A stretch of 63,216 bases of DNA, filler included, from Choristocarpus tenellus KU-1152 (taxonomy: Eukaryota > Protista > Phaeophyceae): assembly GCA_964200185.2 (NCBI GenBank). It is 15 parts of 15 records of this genome, joined end to end, with 100 filler letters (N's around TTAATTAATTAA, not from the genome) between each part and the next. Parts side by side here need not be neighbours in the genome. Positions count along the whole stretch, not along the records: positions 12,206 to 14,859 come from CAXNAD020025932.1; positions 14,960 to 21,991 come from CAXNAD020006816.1; positions 22,092 to 25,101 come from CAXNAD020022960.1; positions 25,202 to 28,396 come from CAXNAD020021629.1; 11 more parts are not named here. One strand, 5' to 3'. The translations under genes and the position numbers were made by a program. A model generated the notes under the pieces. It was given only the letters and a program-made list of their open reading frames with translations. It was not told where the DNA came from and made no database searches. This document shows, piece by piece, positions 13,493-26,719 of this stretch (position 1 is its first letter; each line of letters begins with the position of its first letter).

Positions 13493-14610
13493 CTCTCCAG
13501 TGGAGTCACCAAGGAAGAATTTATTCCTGTAGGAAAAAAGGATGACGCAGCCTCGGACAAGCACATAGAATATATAAATAAATATAAATATACACACAAC
13601 ATACACACACACTCACTCACTCACTCACTCACTCATAAATATAAATAAGAGAAATAGATATCAGATACTGCAAACCTCCTCTCAAACCCTAACCCTCACC
13701 TGCCGTATTACAAAAAAAAAAAACTTGTTCAAATAACCTACAAGCCATGCCCTACTTGACCCCAACAGGAACAGCAACGCCTTCGAGGGCAAGAACAGCC
13801 TTAGGGTTAGGGTTATGACTTATGACTTATGAGACAAAGATGATGAAGAGTAGTATAGTAGTGAAGTAGTCTAACACACCAAAAGCCTTGCTTACGCCTG
13901 CCCCTTCCTTGTGATGAGTTAGAGGGTTAAGGCAGAGCCTCTTTCTCGAAGATATTAAAAATATATATATTTGAGCAAAAAGAAAAAAGCTAAAAAAAGA
14001 TCTCATCAATCAATCAATCAACCAATCAATCATTATTGTAATAGGTGAGGTGACTTAACTATTGTAGTACCAAAAAACCTTGGATACTGCCTGGCTTCAC
14101 CAGTCAACCTTTATTGTTCACCACGTATCTTAAAATATATTTTTTATTATATTTATATATATACATTCATATTTATACATTTATTGGAGTTGAAGGCTCC
14201 CATTTGTGTAGGAGTACGCCATGCATACTGACTGGCTTCATCAAACACATTAAAAAATAAAATAATTCAGTTCTAAAAAAAAATAGAAAAAGGACAGCAA
14301 TTTAGTTCGTTTTGTTTCAAGCGTCTCATTTCTTAGTCAAAATGGAAATCAGATCTCTTATTTTATCTTCATCTTTACATGTACACATAAATACATAAAT
14401 AATACACATATACACATATACACACACACCTCTAAATTGGCCCCCAATTGACACCCCTGGTCAAGCAAGGGCAATAGCAACACCTGTCTCACCTTAGGAG
14501 TATCCCAAGCAGCAACCATATCTACACTCAATGCTGGTAGGAAACTCAGATACGATGGATCTGATGAGGGCACCTTGATCACCGGAGCAGGAGGTTGAAC
14601 GTCTGCCAAC
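13493..14610 (-). CDS. Internal exons of a host gene, possibly WD40-type (approx. 14610-14493 or -14430, 13799-13756, 13526-13493)
   Basis: Canonical AG/GT sites with compatible phases give ...VDMVAAWDTPK|AVLALEGVAVPVGV|KNKFFLGDSTGE. The WD40 call is resemblance only. Confidence 0.5.
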
Positions 14611-15955
14611 CTGAAAATATTTGTATTGACATATATATATATGGATACACATTTTTAGATTTCTGTCCTTATTTTACTGAAAAGAAATTTCTAAGAAATT
14701 TATGAACAAAAGAATAAAGATAAAATGTAAAGGGTGAAATGAAATTTAGTGCAGTCAGTATAATAAGTCAAGCCAAATTTATACTTTTTTTTTGTTTTAT
14801 CATCTCAGGAGGATTTATTTTTTTCACAGAAGGAAATCAGGGAAGGAGAGGGGGGTGGGNNNNNNNNNNNNNNNNNNNNNNNNNNNNNNNNNNNNNNNNN
14901 NNNTTAATTAATTAANNNNNNNNNNNNNNNNNNNNNNNNNNNNNNNNNNNNNNNNNNNNGTTGTTTGGCCGAAACGGACGCCCCCTCACAAACCACCCCC
15001 CACCCCCAGATACTTTGACTCATGTCAACCTGACCTCCCTCTACATCACCAGGGGGAGGACCATCAACCAGATCCTTGACAATATGACCTACACCCCCTT
15101 CACCAAGGGGAGGATTACTAATCAATTTGTCTCTTTTGTTACCAAAGGATGGCCTCTCACCTGGCACAACCCTGTCCTCACTTCTATCGCTAAAAGAAGA
15201 GTCATCAGATAGGGATGGGATGGAGGAGTGAGATGAACAAATAGACTGCACATCTAATGGTGGGCCACCTGCTTCGGGATTGGAAGACTTGTCCTCAGAA
15301 CAATGGTCTGGATATAGCCTTCCCCCCCCCCTTTCGCAACACAGGGGCAACCTTTCTCACTGAGGCAAGGCTAGAGTCCTTGGTGGACAGTCAGATCAGG
15401 TTACACATAGTAACAATAGCATTGGTCTGAGTAAGAACACGGTACTACACATAACGGGGATGATTGATCTCTGAACCCAGGAAAAACACTGCTGAGCCTT
15501 TCGGAAAGATTTACAGGTCTTAACTGAGACAGCAAAACCAGGTTGAAGAAATTGGTAGGTCAACAGAGGTGCAGGGGTGGCATATCACATTTCATACAGC
15601 GATTTACAACCAGGATTAGTCATGGTTGATTTGCAGGTGAGCAATTCACGGAATAAGTGAGCCAAAGTATATGAGAGGTACCCAGTTTTCAGCCTTTTTG
15701 CATTATAAGCCAGTTTTTCAATCTCTTCCAATTCATTCATATTTTTCTATGGATGAAGTGTTTACTTTGACTTGAGAGGGTTGATATATCTCTATTGTTT
15801 GAAGTTTTCAATACAATTTGAAAAATACCCTATACACATTTATAAAGAAAGCCAAATTTTCCACGTATTTACCCAGATCCTTACAATGCAACCCTGGGTA
15901 CCTCTCGTTTACTTTGACTCAGTGTTGAGCTTCAGTCCAGAGAGAGTCTGTCTTG

Positions 15956-16190
15956 GACCCAAAGCATTTAAGAAGGTAGGACTGTGTCCATATGGGGTTA
16001 TAATCCAATGCTGCGATTTTGATTCATTTTGGCTATTGTGTTTGTTAGCAAGTGTCAATATCCTTGCTGTGGACACACCTTTCACGGGCGTACACATTTT
16101 AGGTAACTGTATTCACACAGAAAACCGAAAATGGGCATAAAAAACCCATGTGAAGCCAAACCCCAAACGGACAATTGGGGATAAGTGGTA
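15956..16190. mobile_element. MITE family A variant (AAAGCATTTAAGA terminus), degenerate
   Basis: Internal sequence collinear with family A and with 41958-42212. Confidence 0.8.
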
Positions 16191-16199
16191 TGGAGGGAA

Positions 16200-16700
16200 A
16201 GGAGTGGAGCTTGGAAGTGGGCAGCTAATGAAGCCTTATCAATAATACCCAGCATTCATTCAGCAACCCCATTAAATTGAGGGCTGTCTGCCAGTGTGAA
16301 CTCTCCTACTTTATCCCATGGTCAAGGCAAATAGCACCAGAAAATCCCTCATAGAATACCTTTCATTATCAGACCGTACGCACATGACCCAAGAGGGAAT
16401 GTCATTAGCCCGGATATCGGCAGGTATTTCTCGAAGGCTGCAGCAGCATCCGACTTAAGAAGAAGGAAAAATAAGGAAGCAAAATGAGAATAGTCGTCCC
16501 GAATTATCATAGTGTAATGCTAACCACCTCGTGAAAGGATAACCCTCTTGCCACTTAGATTGACAAAAAGTCGCCCCAGTTTTCTCACCACCGCCTGTGA
16601 AGACGTATGCCTTTGCTCATTGATCAGCCAGCACATGCCTCCAAACCGCCCACCAATGTAATGTCCACTGAAGCAGGAGTGGACTTTATCAAAGCCTCAT
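16200..16700 (-). mobile_element. Ty1/Copia integrase fragment
   Basis: Minus strand reads FVNLSGK....SRGG*HYTMIIRDDYSHFASLFFLLLKSDAAAAF, followed by a RTV*NER motif region. Confidence 0.75.
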
Positions 16701-16704
16701 GAAG

Positions 16705-16830
16705 CCCTAGAGATTCCTAGAGGGGGGGGGGGTTAGCCCAGGTTGTCTATTGGGGACTTTACAACACACCAATTTGATCCCCGCTTCGTGGGTGACTTTC
16801 CTTTTAATTTGGTCCAGGCAGGGGGGTGTA
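16705..16830 (+). mobile_element. End of a further MITE-like family (related copy at ~43755-43890)
   Basis: Both copies begin AG(T/A)(A/T)TCCTAGAG(G)n and share ..CAATTTGATCCCCGCTT..GCAGGGGG. The terminus resembles family A. Confidence 0.5.
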
Positions 16831-16982
16831 AAAGAAAGGTGGGTCCAAATGAAAGAAATCGCCCTTATGTCTGATACATTCACTCATATGATATGAAAAA
16901 TTCAACGGGATCACAGAGGCCCAGAATGGATGCTAACCGCTCTCTATGATACTACAGGCCTGAACATGGCCATCAGAGTGGG

Positions 16983-17241
16983 AAGTTAAAGTATCTTAGA
17001 GGGTAGAGCCACGTCTGTTAGGGGGCCAAAATCCAATATTGCGATTTTGATGTCATTTTGGCCATCATGTTTGTTCGAAATTGTCAATATCCTTGTTCCA
17101 GACACACCTTTGATAACATATACATTTTACCTACTCCAAAATGTTTTGGAGTAGGTAAAATGTCATAAAAAAAAATGTGGGGAGTCAAGCCTGAAATGGA
17201 AAAATAGACCAAAACTCGTACCCTCTAAGATACTTTCACTC
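16983..17241. mobile_element. MITE family A, complete
   Basis: TIR AAAGTATCTTAGAGGGTA / TACCCTCTAAGATACTTT with a central hairpin. Confidence 0.92.
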
Positions 17242-17381
17242 TGATGGAAAAGGTTCATCTACCTCAGAGTGGGGAGCATAGTGTGTGTGCAAGGGGGCGA
17301 TGGCGACTTTTAAAGCAGTTTCAGCACTTTTAGACAATAGCGGCAAAATATGTTGATTGTGCAGGGTGTATTAACATACCC

Positions 17382-17637
17382 AAGCCCAAGTATCTTAGAG
17401 GGTAGAGCCGCATCTTTTTGGTGGCCAAAATCCAATGTTGCGATTTTGATGTAATTTTGGTTATCGTTTTTGTTAGGGAGTGTCAATATCCTTGTTCCGG
17501 ACACACCTTTTCATAATGTATACATTTTACCTACTCCAAAACATTTCAAAGCAGGAAAATGTCATAAAACCCCGAGGGAAGTCAAGCCCCAAATGGATAA
17601 ACAGGGCAAAACTTGTACCCTCTCAGATGCTTCACTC
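17382..17637. mobile_element. MITE family A, complete, TSD ACCC
   Basis: TIRs as above; ACCC at 17378-17381 and 17638-17641. Confidence 0.92.
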
Positions 17638-17641
17638 ACCC

Positions 17642-20400
17642 CCTGCCATCTTTTGTGGGGTGCCAATGAACACCACCTGCTTGCTGGACTACGCGATTGG
17701 TCACGAGGTCCAGGACGTGAAACGTGCCAAGGGGTTGATCCATTGGCATCCCTAGCATGATACACTGTCGCTCATGACTCCCATGTTTGTGTGTTGGGTT
17801 GGACTTGCAGTATCCAGGAGTGCTGAAAGTCGGTATGCCCATCAGAGACCCAACCTCTCCATATAGTGCGCGATAAGGAGAAAGTCCCTTGTTTGCAGCA
17901 GTGGTACTTCCGTTGAGAATGAACGCTGAATGATGATACACCTTTCCTCACGACCACATTTTCTCACCCAATCCTGCGGAGTAGATGCTGGCCCTTGCAC
18001 CAGTGTCAACCTGAGCGATATGACGTTTGGCCATGCCATTGTACTGAGGTTCTCCTGTTCTTATAATTTCCTGCATTGCACCCATTTCCATCATCAAAGT
18101 CTGAAATTCCTCACTTTGCCATTCACCCTGAGGATCACGTCAGACGTATCGAATGTGTTGCCCGCTGGGGATGACTTGGACCATGTGCCATCGCCCAAGG
18201 GCATTTACTGCATCATTCTTCTGCTTGAGTAGGTATATCATGATGAAATGCATAGCATCATCAACAATTACCAGGGCATACAGTGCTCCATCAAGAGATT
18301 GCTCTTTCTTAGGTCCGGTGAGGTCAATCAAAATATGGGTCAATGGTCGTTACAATGCGCTCCAGAACATACTTCCACGGGATGTGTAACTCTAACCCAA
18401 TAACCTTAAAACAACACTACGGGGTATTTCCACAGTTGATAGCCACGTGCGGGTGTCAGCCACTCTTCTCTCAATGCTTCACTTAGTGCTTAGCTCAAAG
18501 CTTGACTTAATGTTTTAGTTGAGAATTAAAGAGTGAATCAAGACGTACTTTGGTGACTGTCTAAGTATTATTTATTTGCATCATCCACCCGAATTCTACA
18601 GCCTACAAGTTGAAAGACATGTGCCAGCTGTTGTATATTTACTCAAATTACAAATCTTTCCTGCAACTTCTAAGAAATCAACATTTATTCTGTAAGGCCA
18701 CCTATGTGCTATGAATCTCGTATATTGCTCGCACTTGCTAGAACACGAGAAGAAATGCTCATGCTATTCGCCTGTAACAGTCCCCCTTAGCATGAACTAT
18801 AGTAGACGTGGGGATGGGATCTCTGATTCGAATTGCCTTAGCATAACCCACACACTTTGTTGTGACCAGATGTCCTGACAGCTTAATTCCCTGTTCACTT
18901 GCCGTGCAACGGAGGATTGGCTCACCAGCATGGTTCAAAATGCCATGAAAAACTTTAATGTACATGGGTGTAGATGAAAAATCTGCAACAGGAGGTGAAT
19001 CATCAGAGGGTCCCAACCTTTCAACTTCGGTGGTATGCATCAATCCATCCCACTAAAAAATTGGAAGACCCTCCCCATCAGATATGTAGTAGGCATCGTC
19101 AGTCCCCTTGATAGTGACTTCATCAGCCTTACAGGCAGAGTGTGAGGATAGGAGGTTGAATGCTAGATTGAGGACAAGAGCGACCGACAGACTCTAGAGT
19201 AACATGTACCCACTCATGATGGCCTACTTTGAAGTTAAGGCCAGGCATACCATGTCCCTTGATAGGTGATGATGTGCCATCGGCAACTATTATTTTGCGG
19301 CCTTCTGGACACGGTCTTTAGCTGTACATGTTTCTGCGATCATTAGTCACACTGTTGGATGTCCCCGAATCAAAGCACTATATCTCTAGTCCAAACACTC
19401 TTACCTTCTTGTGATCGACTACCGCAGCAAATGTAGCCTTGAACCTCCTTCCTCTTTTTTTCTTTGCTAGTTCCAGCCCTGGCCCAGCCAATACTTCCAC
19501 CTGTTTAGACAGAGTTGCCTTCCCCTGGCTACAACGTACAGCAGGTGTCCTTTTCCCCAAAGTTAAGACACAGTCCTTCGAACGGACAAGGACCGTCATG
19601 CTTGATTAGTCCGCAATTGAAACACCTTTCATGGGTCTTGATCTCACACCAGGCATGGGATCCTGTCGTATACCAGGGTTTGCATGATGACTAGTCGCGC
19701 TATGGCCACCTCCTCGGTTGACCTTCAGTATCCTCACCGTTAGAGTGCTCCCAGGCTCTCTGTGGTTCCCTGCACCTCTCGTTGGAGGGGAAAATATCTC
19801 GAATGAGCAGCCTGTGTGTAGTGCTCTCGTTCGTTCTCCATTACTGTGATGTTGTAGGTAGTGTTTGGTAATGTGATAGTCATCATCCAGACAACCCGGC
19901 ATAAGAATTTGTAGGACTTGTTCTGACATCTCGTGCCCCATCATAACCATCTGTCCAACCCAGTCCATCATAGTAGTGAAAGTGATCTGGGGTTCTGACC
20001 CCCGAGGCATCTTGACGTTCATTACCAACTTGTGCAGCCTAGCAATTTCCTCATCTGAATGGATGAGAATATGCTCCTTCAGTTGTTTCCACTCCTCGGA
20101 GAGTGAAGCTGCATTGCGGACAATACATCTATTGAAGCCGCTGGTGCTCCTTAACAGGACATGATATGCCTTCTTCGCCTTGACAAATTCATCTTCACAC
20201 ACTCCTTCCCCCTTAGTGAAGTTTATGTCATCCACTCGAAGCAGGTCCTCCGTATGCTCCAATGCTTGGTTGATATCACCTTTCGCCCAAGAATGCACAC
20301 GTCATGGTGAACCAGTCAGCATAATTGTCATCAGACAATTGAAGGAGTTTGGTATGAAGACCGTCTAAGGCCATGAGTGATGCTACCAGCCCAACCCACT
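17642..20400 (-). mobile_element. Degenerate Ty1/Copia internal region (gag, protease, GAG-pre-integrase, integrase)
   Basis: Gag LSDDNYADW...KKAYHVLLRST (19606-20370); protease-like FDSGTSNSVT; FHGILNHAGE..LR (18759-19043); integrase IDLTGP....LDGALYALVIVDDA (18140-18343). Confidence 0.85.
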
Positions 20401-23289
20401 CCAGCTCCAGCTGCACCTCCTTTAGCAAGAGTACGTTTGAATGGCGAATAAGTATGGTGAATAGCTTCGTGCAGGAAAGACTTGTCGCCACAAGCTACTG
20501 GTAGGTTACATGGTGAACATACACTGTTACTAATCATCCAACAGACTTGTGTCTTGGCCATCCGTTTCCTGATGTATGACCAAAGACTGAATCATTATAC
20601 TGTCATATACATTACTACTCTCTATATTGTACCGAACTAAAGATAAACGTACATGAAACTGTCATACTGTGTTATTTGCTTGTATCAGCACACACAACGT
20701 GAGCGCAACACTAGTTATTGGAACAGCCCTGGCAGAAATTGAGCAAGTCCTCAGGATCCTCACTGCTACATCACTATTTGACATAGCCACCTGCCATGGC
20801 AGGTGGGGGGTACAATGGGATAGTCAGTGGAGGGCTAGTATATGTTGTTTTCTGTAGTTGATACAACGAAGACCACATAATACACCTCTCATTGTATGCA
20901 TGGCAGAATGTAAGGGTAAGTGAGAATTACAAACCCAGTGATAGAACAACACACCACCCTGTACATGACCCCCATCCTGCACCTGTACATACACAGTGAT
21001 AAAAATGGTGCCACATGGAAAGATCAGGCGGTATGGACCACACACATTTGCTGTGGGAACAATATAATTAGAAGGAAAGACGACAGAAGTCTGTCTCACC
21101 CATAATGACTGAAGCTTCTCTGTGGTCGGGTTCAAGTTGTGGGAGCCATCTTTCTTATCGAAAATACTCCTCCAATGCATTGCAGGTCCAACATAGTTGG
21201 GGGCATCAAGAGGTCACTGGAGGTTGAGTGAAGTATCCTCACCGTGATACTTGGAGTTGTTAGAATCCCCCCCCCCCATCAGTAAATTATGACGGGTGAG
21301 TGAACGCCCTCTTGCACTCCATCCACAATTCCTGCCTGTTAGCTGTTTTTTTCTGTCAAGGTCTTCCCGCTAAGTTGCCAGTGCGCTAGCCATGAGAAGT
21401 TCAAAGAACTGTTCCGAAAATACTATGGCCAACAGTTAAGCGGTATTGGAGGTAACTTGCCTAAATCTAATCTTACAACTGTCATACTTTCCCTCCAACA
21501 TAGAACTCCTGGGCTCTTTTGTGGTGGTATTTGGGATGAGACATACAACCATTTTGGATTGTCCTCGTTGTTGAGCGATGCCTGGATGGCATCCCTCCTC
21601 ATGAACGCATCACTGACCAAATCTTCGCTCATTTGAGATATGTTGCTTATTTCATCCTCCCTTCCACTTCCAAACGGCTCCTTCATTTGCCAGACCCCCT
21701 TATCGCTCCATCCCATAGATCCTAAAGCGTCCCAATTTGATCGAAGTGACTGCGTCCTTGAAGTTGTGCTGCCAGCCAAATCAACCAATTTAGCCACAAA
21801 TGTCTCAGACTGCAATGAAGTTTGTGTCTCCTGAACCAGAAGGTGGCGTCAATGCTGCCACCTCTGAGAGTAGCCCTGTGTGTGATGATGGGGTAGTTGT
21901 TGTTAAAACCTAGGCTACTGATCTTTGTGTTCTTGGTACGATACACTACTATCAGTTTATATGTTATAGGCGAGTATAGCGAGTATTTCTTNNNNNNNNN
22001 NNNNNNNNNNNNNNNNNNNNNNNNNNNNNNNNNNNTTAATTAATTAANNNNNNNNNNNNNNNNNNNNNNNNNNNNNNNNNNNNNNNNNNNNCCCCCCCCC
22101 AGATACTTTGACCCAATGATGCCGTAATTGCGGCAGCTGAGGCAAAAACGTGTACCCGCATCCACTGTAAGAGATCTTTTGGGATCTCCCTCACAATTTT
22201 AATCTCAACACTTTAGGTGGAAAGTTTTAGGTATCTCAGTATGCGAGCAGAGGGTTTCCTCCATGAGTTGGCCAACCATCCACGCGGTAGGGGTAAGAGG
22301 GTCTTGTACATGGCCGACTGGCTGCCACAGGCATGTTGAGTACGTGATGACCAAGGACTCGACCATGTTAGAACTTTTTATCTATGGCCGGTCAGGTAAT
22401 ATTAATTTTGCACTTGGCCCGGCCACGTCATGGCCATGCCCTCCCAAATTCCCTCTGCTTCAATCTTGCATCCTATACTACCACTGAATGCGTCAATACT
22501 CTAAACATAATATATTACACATCATTTTCTATTTTGCGATTTTAACTATATTAATTTCATTAACATAGTAGAAATACATTGTTGGGTAGCAAAGGTGATC
22601 TTGATCCGTGTGTGTGGCAACATAGCCTTCAATATTTCCAGATTTTTTAATTGTTCGCATGGAAAGACCGGACAAAATTGACAGATGTACTTGTAGAACC
22701 CATAGTTTCATGGTCCGGACATGCCAGAAAAAAATGAATTGGTCCACAGCGATGGTTGTGGGTATGCAAGGGAAAAAGTTGGACTGGCCGAGCAGTGGAC
22801 ATGGACAGGTACAACATACGGTTGATATGGCCTGGGTATGTCAGAGAACGTTTGACCCAGTCCAGCGGCTGACATGGATCAATTCAATACCTGGTGGACA
22901 TGGACCGGAACATGTTAGTATTTGTGGGACCTGTCTGGCCAGCGGACATGGACTAGGACACATTAAATAATCGCAGGACTGGCTGAACAGTGGACGGGAC
23001 TTTTTCAATTTGCTGGTCTGATAAAAGTCCTGCTTGTTATCCTCTCGTCAATTTTTTTTTGAAGTCTCTTCAAAGTGGCTACACTCCTACTCTTCAAAAA
23101 AAAGGTTTTGTAACCTTTGATTTTGGTCTTTTTCCTCCCCACACACATTCGTCCACAAAATGTCAGAAGAGGAGTGACCATAATAATCAACAGGTTGAAA
23201 CAGGATGCAAGTGATACCGTAAATAACTACATACACTTAGTGATGATGAGACAATGCAAAACAAGGGAGGGAAAGTTCTTCGCTAGCCC

Positions 23290-24250
23290 TGGCCCACCAC
23301 TGGAGTCAGTGCGGACAAGGGGAAAATGCGTTGGCCTCCACATAATCCCTGGAACCAGCTCGCTAGATCCCTCCCATAGAGTTTAAACTCACTGCCAGCA
23401 GAGATCCTTAGGGAGGGAGAAGGCCCTATCCAACGGGTGCCCAGTGACTGGGTGCAGGAGGCAAAACATGGACACTAGATAAGTCCATATCTGCCGTAGG
23501 GCAGGGGGTCAGGTACATCAACACGCACCAATGGCGAAGTGCCTAGTTCAACTGTGCAAAGGAATGGGCATCCCTTGCACAATGGAAGATGGTAGCCCAT
23601 TCACAGTGGACCAGAATTTCCGCATGGATCTCATCTTCCATGCTGGGGCACTTGCGGACACCGGATCAGCTCCCTACGAGGACTAAGGCCTCCTCCTGGA
23701 TATCACATTTGCAGAAGTGCAAGCAGCCTCCCATCTGCCCCCGTCGTCCACCAGTGATGGTGCAGCTGCTACTGCAGCTGAGGCATGAAAGCACACCCTC
23801 TACGAGGGTTCTTTTGACCCTTGTAGTTTGAACCTCAACACCTTCACAGTGGAGAGTTTTGGGCACCTTGGTAAGCAGGCAGAATTTTTTTCTGGATGAG
23901 TTGACTACGCAAATGGGAGGGGAGAGGGGGGTGGGAGGATGCAGGAAGAAAGGAGCAGTCAAATTCCGTTTACGACAGATAGCGGTCGTCACAACACAAG
24001 TGGCTCTATCAAGATGTGTCATGCGTTTTAAGCTGGAGACACCTGGGAGATGGGCAAGGAGGGGCCTGTCAGATTCTTGGGATGCTTCCCTAGCTCCATG
24101 CCCTGTGATGTGGGGCTAAGCTTGGTTGGAGGCATAGGAGGGAAGTGGTGTAGCATAGATGGTAGTAAAATAGAAAATAGATTTTGGAGATATATCTTTC
24201 ACCTTTATGACAACTGCTACTTTTAAAGGGGCTTTGTTGAACTAGAGATG
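23290..24250 (+). mobile_element. 3' fragment of the CRE-like non-LTR element (zinc finger plus RLE)
   Basis: Collinear with the reverse complement of 6200-7070; RMDLIFHAG, LLDITFAEVQAASHL, TFTVESFGHLGK. Confidence 0.85.
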
Positions 24251-25034
24251 TCACAAACCAAAGATTCTCTTTGTTGTCAGGTATTGATTTTTGTGATTCC
24301 TTCTCGTAAGATTCTCGTTACTCCACAACTTCCTGCAAGTCCTTGCAGTCTTGCTCATGTCTAAACTTACCCTCGTTCTTCTTGGTCCGTCTGGACCAAC
24401 TTGCCCGTTGATTCTCTTCACCAAGCTTGCCTGAGTGAACGAAACTGATACAGAATCATACAATTCACACTGATCCTAAAATAAAACTAACCCTAACCTC
24501 AACTCATCCATCCACGTTAAAGTCTGTCCTTAACTTTTTCGTATAATATATAGTATGGGGTGTACAATATATAATAGTGTTTGTGCAAAATGAAATACAT
24601 TATGGTATTTTGTCGAGCAGCAATAAGAAAATCCACTACGAAAATAAGATTTCGCGAGATGAAATTCATTATCAAAAAGGAAAAAAATGCAAGAAATAAG
24701 AAACGCCACCCGAAGGTGACTTGCAAATTCAAACCATCTTCAGCACAGTTAGTGAATGCCCCGTGATGAAAGAGCAGTCTGCCTTAGCCTGTGTTAACTT
24801 CCGTCTATTTCGACCCTTCCCTGGACATTCCCCAGTGGTTGAGCGATGTAGGTAGGTCTTTGTCCGAATGGTATCAACTTCTATCGCTCATCCTCTCTAA
24901 AGCAAGTGGGGATCAAAGCACAGGCTGGGGAACGGATGTGACCGGTTGAATGGGTGTCGATGCATTGCTTTTTGGAATGAACAAGGTCCGTATTTCAAAG
25001 GAACCGAAGCAGGTTATTTGTTTAAGGCAGCACA

Positions 25035-25101
25035 GGGTCAAAGTATCTGAGGGTAGGGTGGCGGCGTCCGTTTTTGACCCTGGCTCAAAGTTTCTGGAGG
25101 G
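25035..25101 (+). mobile_element. Two adjacent MITE termini (GGGTCAAAGTATCTG and GGCTCAAAGTTTCTGG) at a contig end
   Basis: Shared TIR start motif; nested insertion. Confidence 0.7.
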
Positions 25102-25201
25102 NNNNNNNNNNNNNNNNNNNNNNNNNNNNNNNNNNNNNNNNNNNNTTAATTAATTAANNNNNNNNNNNNNNNNNNNNNNNNNNNNNNNNNNNNNNNNNNN
25201 N

Positions 25202-25268
25202 AATAATCGCGACATGAAAAAATTGACCCCAAATGGACAGCCGCCACCCCCCCCAGATACTTTGAGCC
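25202..25268. mobile_element. MITE family B, partial
   Basis: Ends CCCCCAGATACTTTGAGCC. Confidence 0.85.
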
Positions 25269-25800
25269 ATACACGCCAAGCACCAAGCTTTCCATCAAAG
25301 CTGTGGGCCGAATCTGGGGCAGGCGTTGGCTGCAATGATCATGGTCTTGGGGATATGACTCTTGCACTGCACAGTAGGGGACCCTGGAAGGTCACTATCA
25401 TCCTCATGCGGAAATGCCCTAATCCTTTCCCCATCAGTCATCACGTAAAACCAGGTTTCAGCCACATGGATCGTGTTCGCCATGGAGGCGTACACACCAC
25501 GTTTCCGGTCCACTTGATTGCAAACAAAGTCCATTCTACATACCTTTTGCACAATTTAAGCTAGGGTTTGATCCAGCGGCGATTCGGCATGGCCCCCATA
25601 TCATCCAACCACACCTGTTTAAGGTGGTTGTCCTATAATTCAGTCCCTTGGCGGTCATCTTCATTGTCACCTGACGCACTGTGGATGAGCGATTATCGGA
25701 GTTGATACTATGTATTGCGCCCATTTTGGTTGGTGTGAGCTCCTAACGTCGCCCACTACATGCCGCCACCCCTAGGTCATGTATGTGGCCATGGGCAAGC
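25269..25800 (-). mobile_element. Second DD39D-like mariner transposase fragment
   Basis: IHVAETWFY...VQCKSHIPKTMIIAANACPR...FDGKLGAW matches VHVDEKWFY...KSHIPKVMFL.AVARPR..FDGKIG.W. Confidence 0.85.
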
Positions 25801-25963
25801 TGATCGGCGACGTCCTCCCAGAGCCCTTGCATGTAATGCTCAGACACTCCAAACTCCGCTGTGAGGGCCGCCCCAACGTTTTATGGAATTTTATGCTCAC
25901 CAGGGATCATCGCGAGGGCGTGCCGCACTGCAAGCACAACCCTAGTATTCAGGGACAATTGGG

Positions 25964-26217
25964 GAATGAAAGTATCTTAGAGGGTACGAGTTTTGCCCTG
26001 TTTGTCCATTTGGGGCTTGGCTCCCCATGTTTTGATGACATTTTCCTACTCCAAAATGTGTCGGAGTAGGTAAAATGTGTACGTTATGAAAAGGTGTGTC
26101 GGGAACAAGGATATTGACACTTCTGACAAACACGATAGCCAAAATTACATCAAAATCGCAATATTGGATTTTAGCCCCCAAATGGACGCGGCGCTACCCT
26201 CTAAGATACTTTGGCTC
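25964..26217. mobile_element. MITE family A, complete (254 bp), TSD TGGG
   Basis: 18-bp perfect core TIR; TGGG on both sides. Confidence 0.95.
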
Positions 26218-26719
26218 TGGGCACGTTTCCTACGCGGGGGGGTCGACGGAGGGTTAACATGCCGACGTTCTGGCCCTCGGCGTCCCCAGTTCTGACCTCA
26301 AAATCACCCCAAAAGACCCCTACTTTGACAGCTTGAAGCAACTTGAGTTTGTACCTGATGATCCTCAACCCTCACCTTTTCCAAAACTGAGATTGTCAAC
26401 CCGACTTCATTCTGTGGAGTTATCGTCCGATTTGGCGCCGTTCTCACTCAACGAGCCCAGATATTTCGCACCACAAACTTACGGGATAGAGGTATTATAT
26501 TATTTTAACAATTCAATACTAGCATGCACCTTAAGTGCGATATCATACCGCGTCCAAGCCGCATCAGATCAGCCATCACGACATAATATGTTGGTCACGA
26601 GGAAGTGGCAGAGGCGTTTGCAAAGCCATGAGAGCTAGCCTACACCTCCCTAGATAGACTCCCTACCCCTAGAGTTCTGGACAATCCACACCAACTCCAG
26701 ACCATTCGCAATTGGGGAA

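Noticed and set aside
20800-21950. Coding-like minus-strand ORFs (also 44600-45700 and 60880-61173)
   Set aside because: No motif I can recognise; probably decayed TE sequence, so left unannotated.
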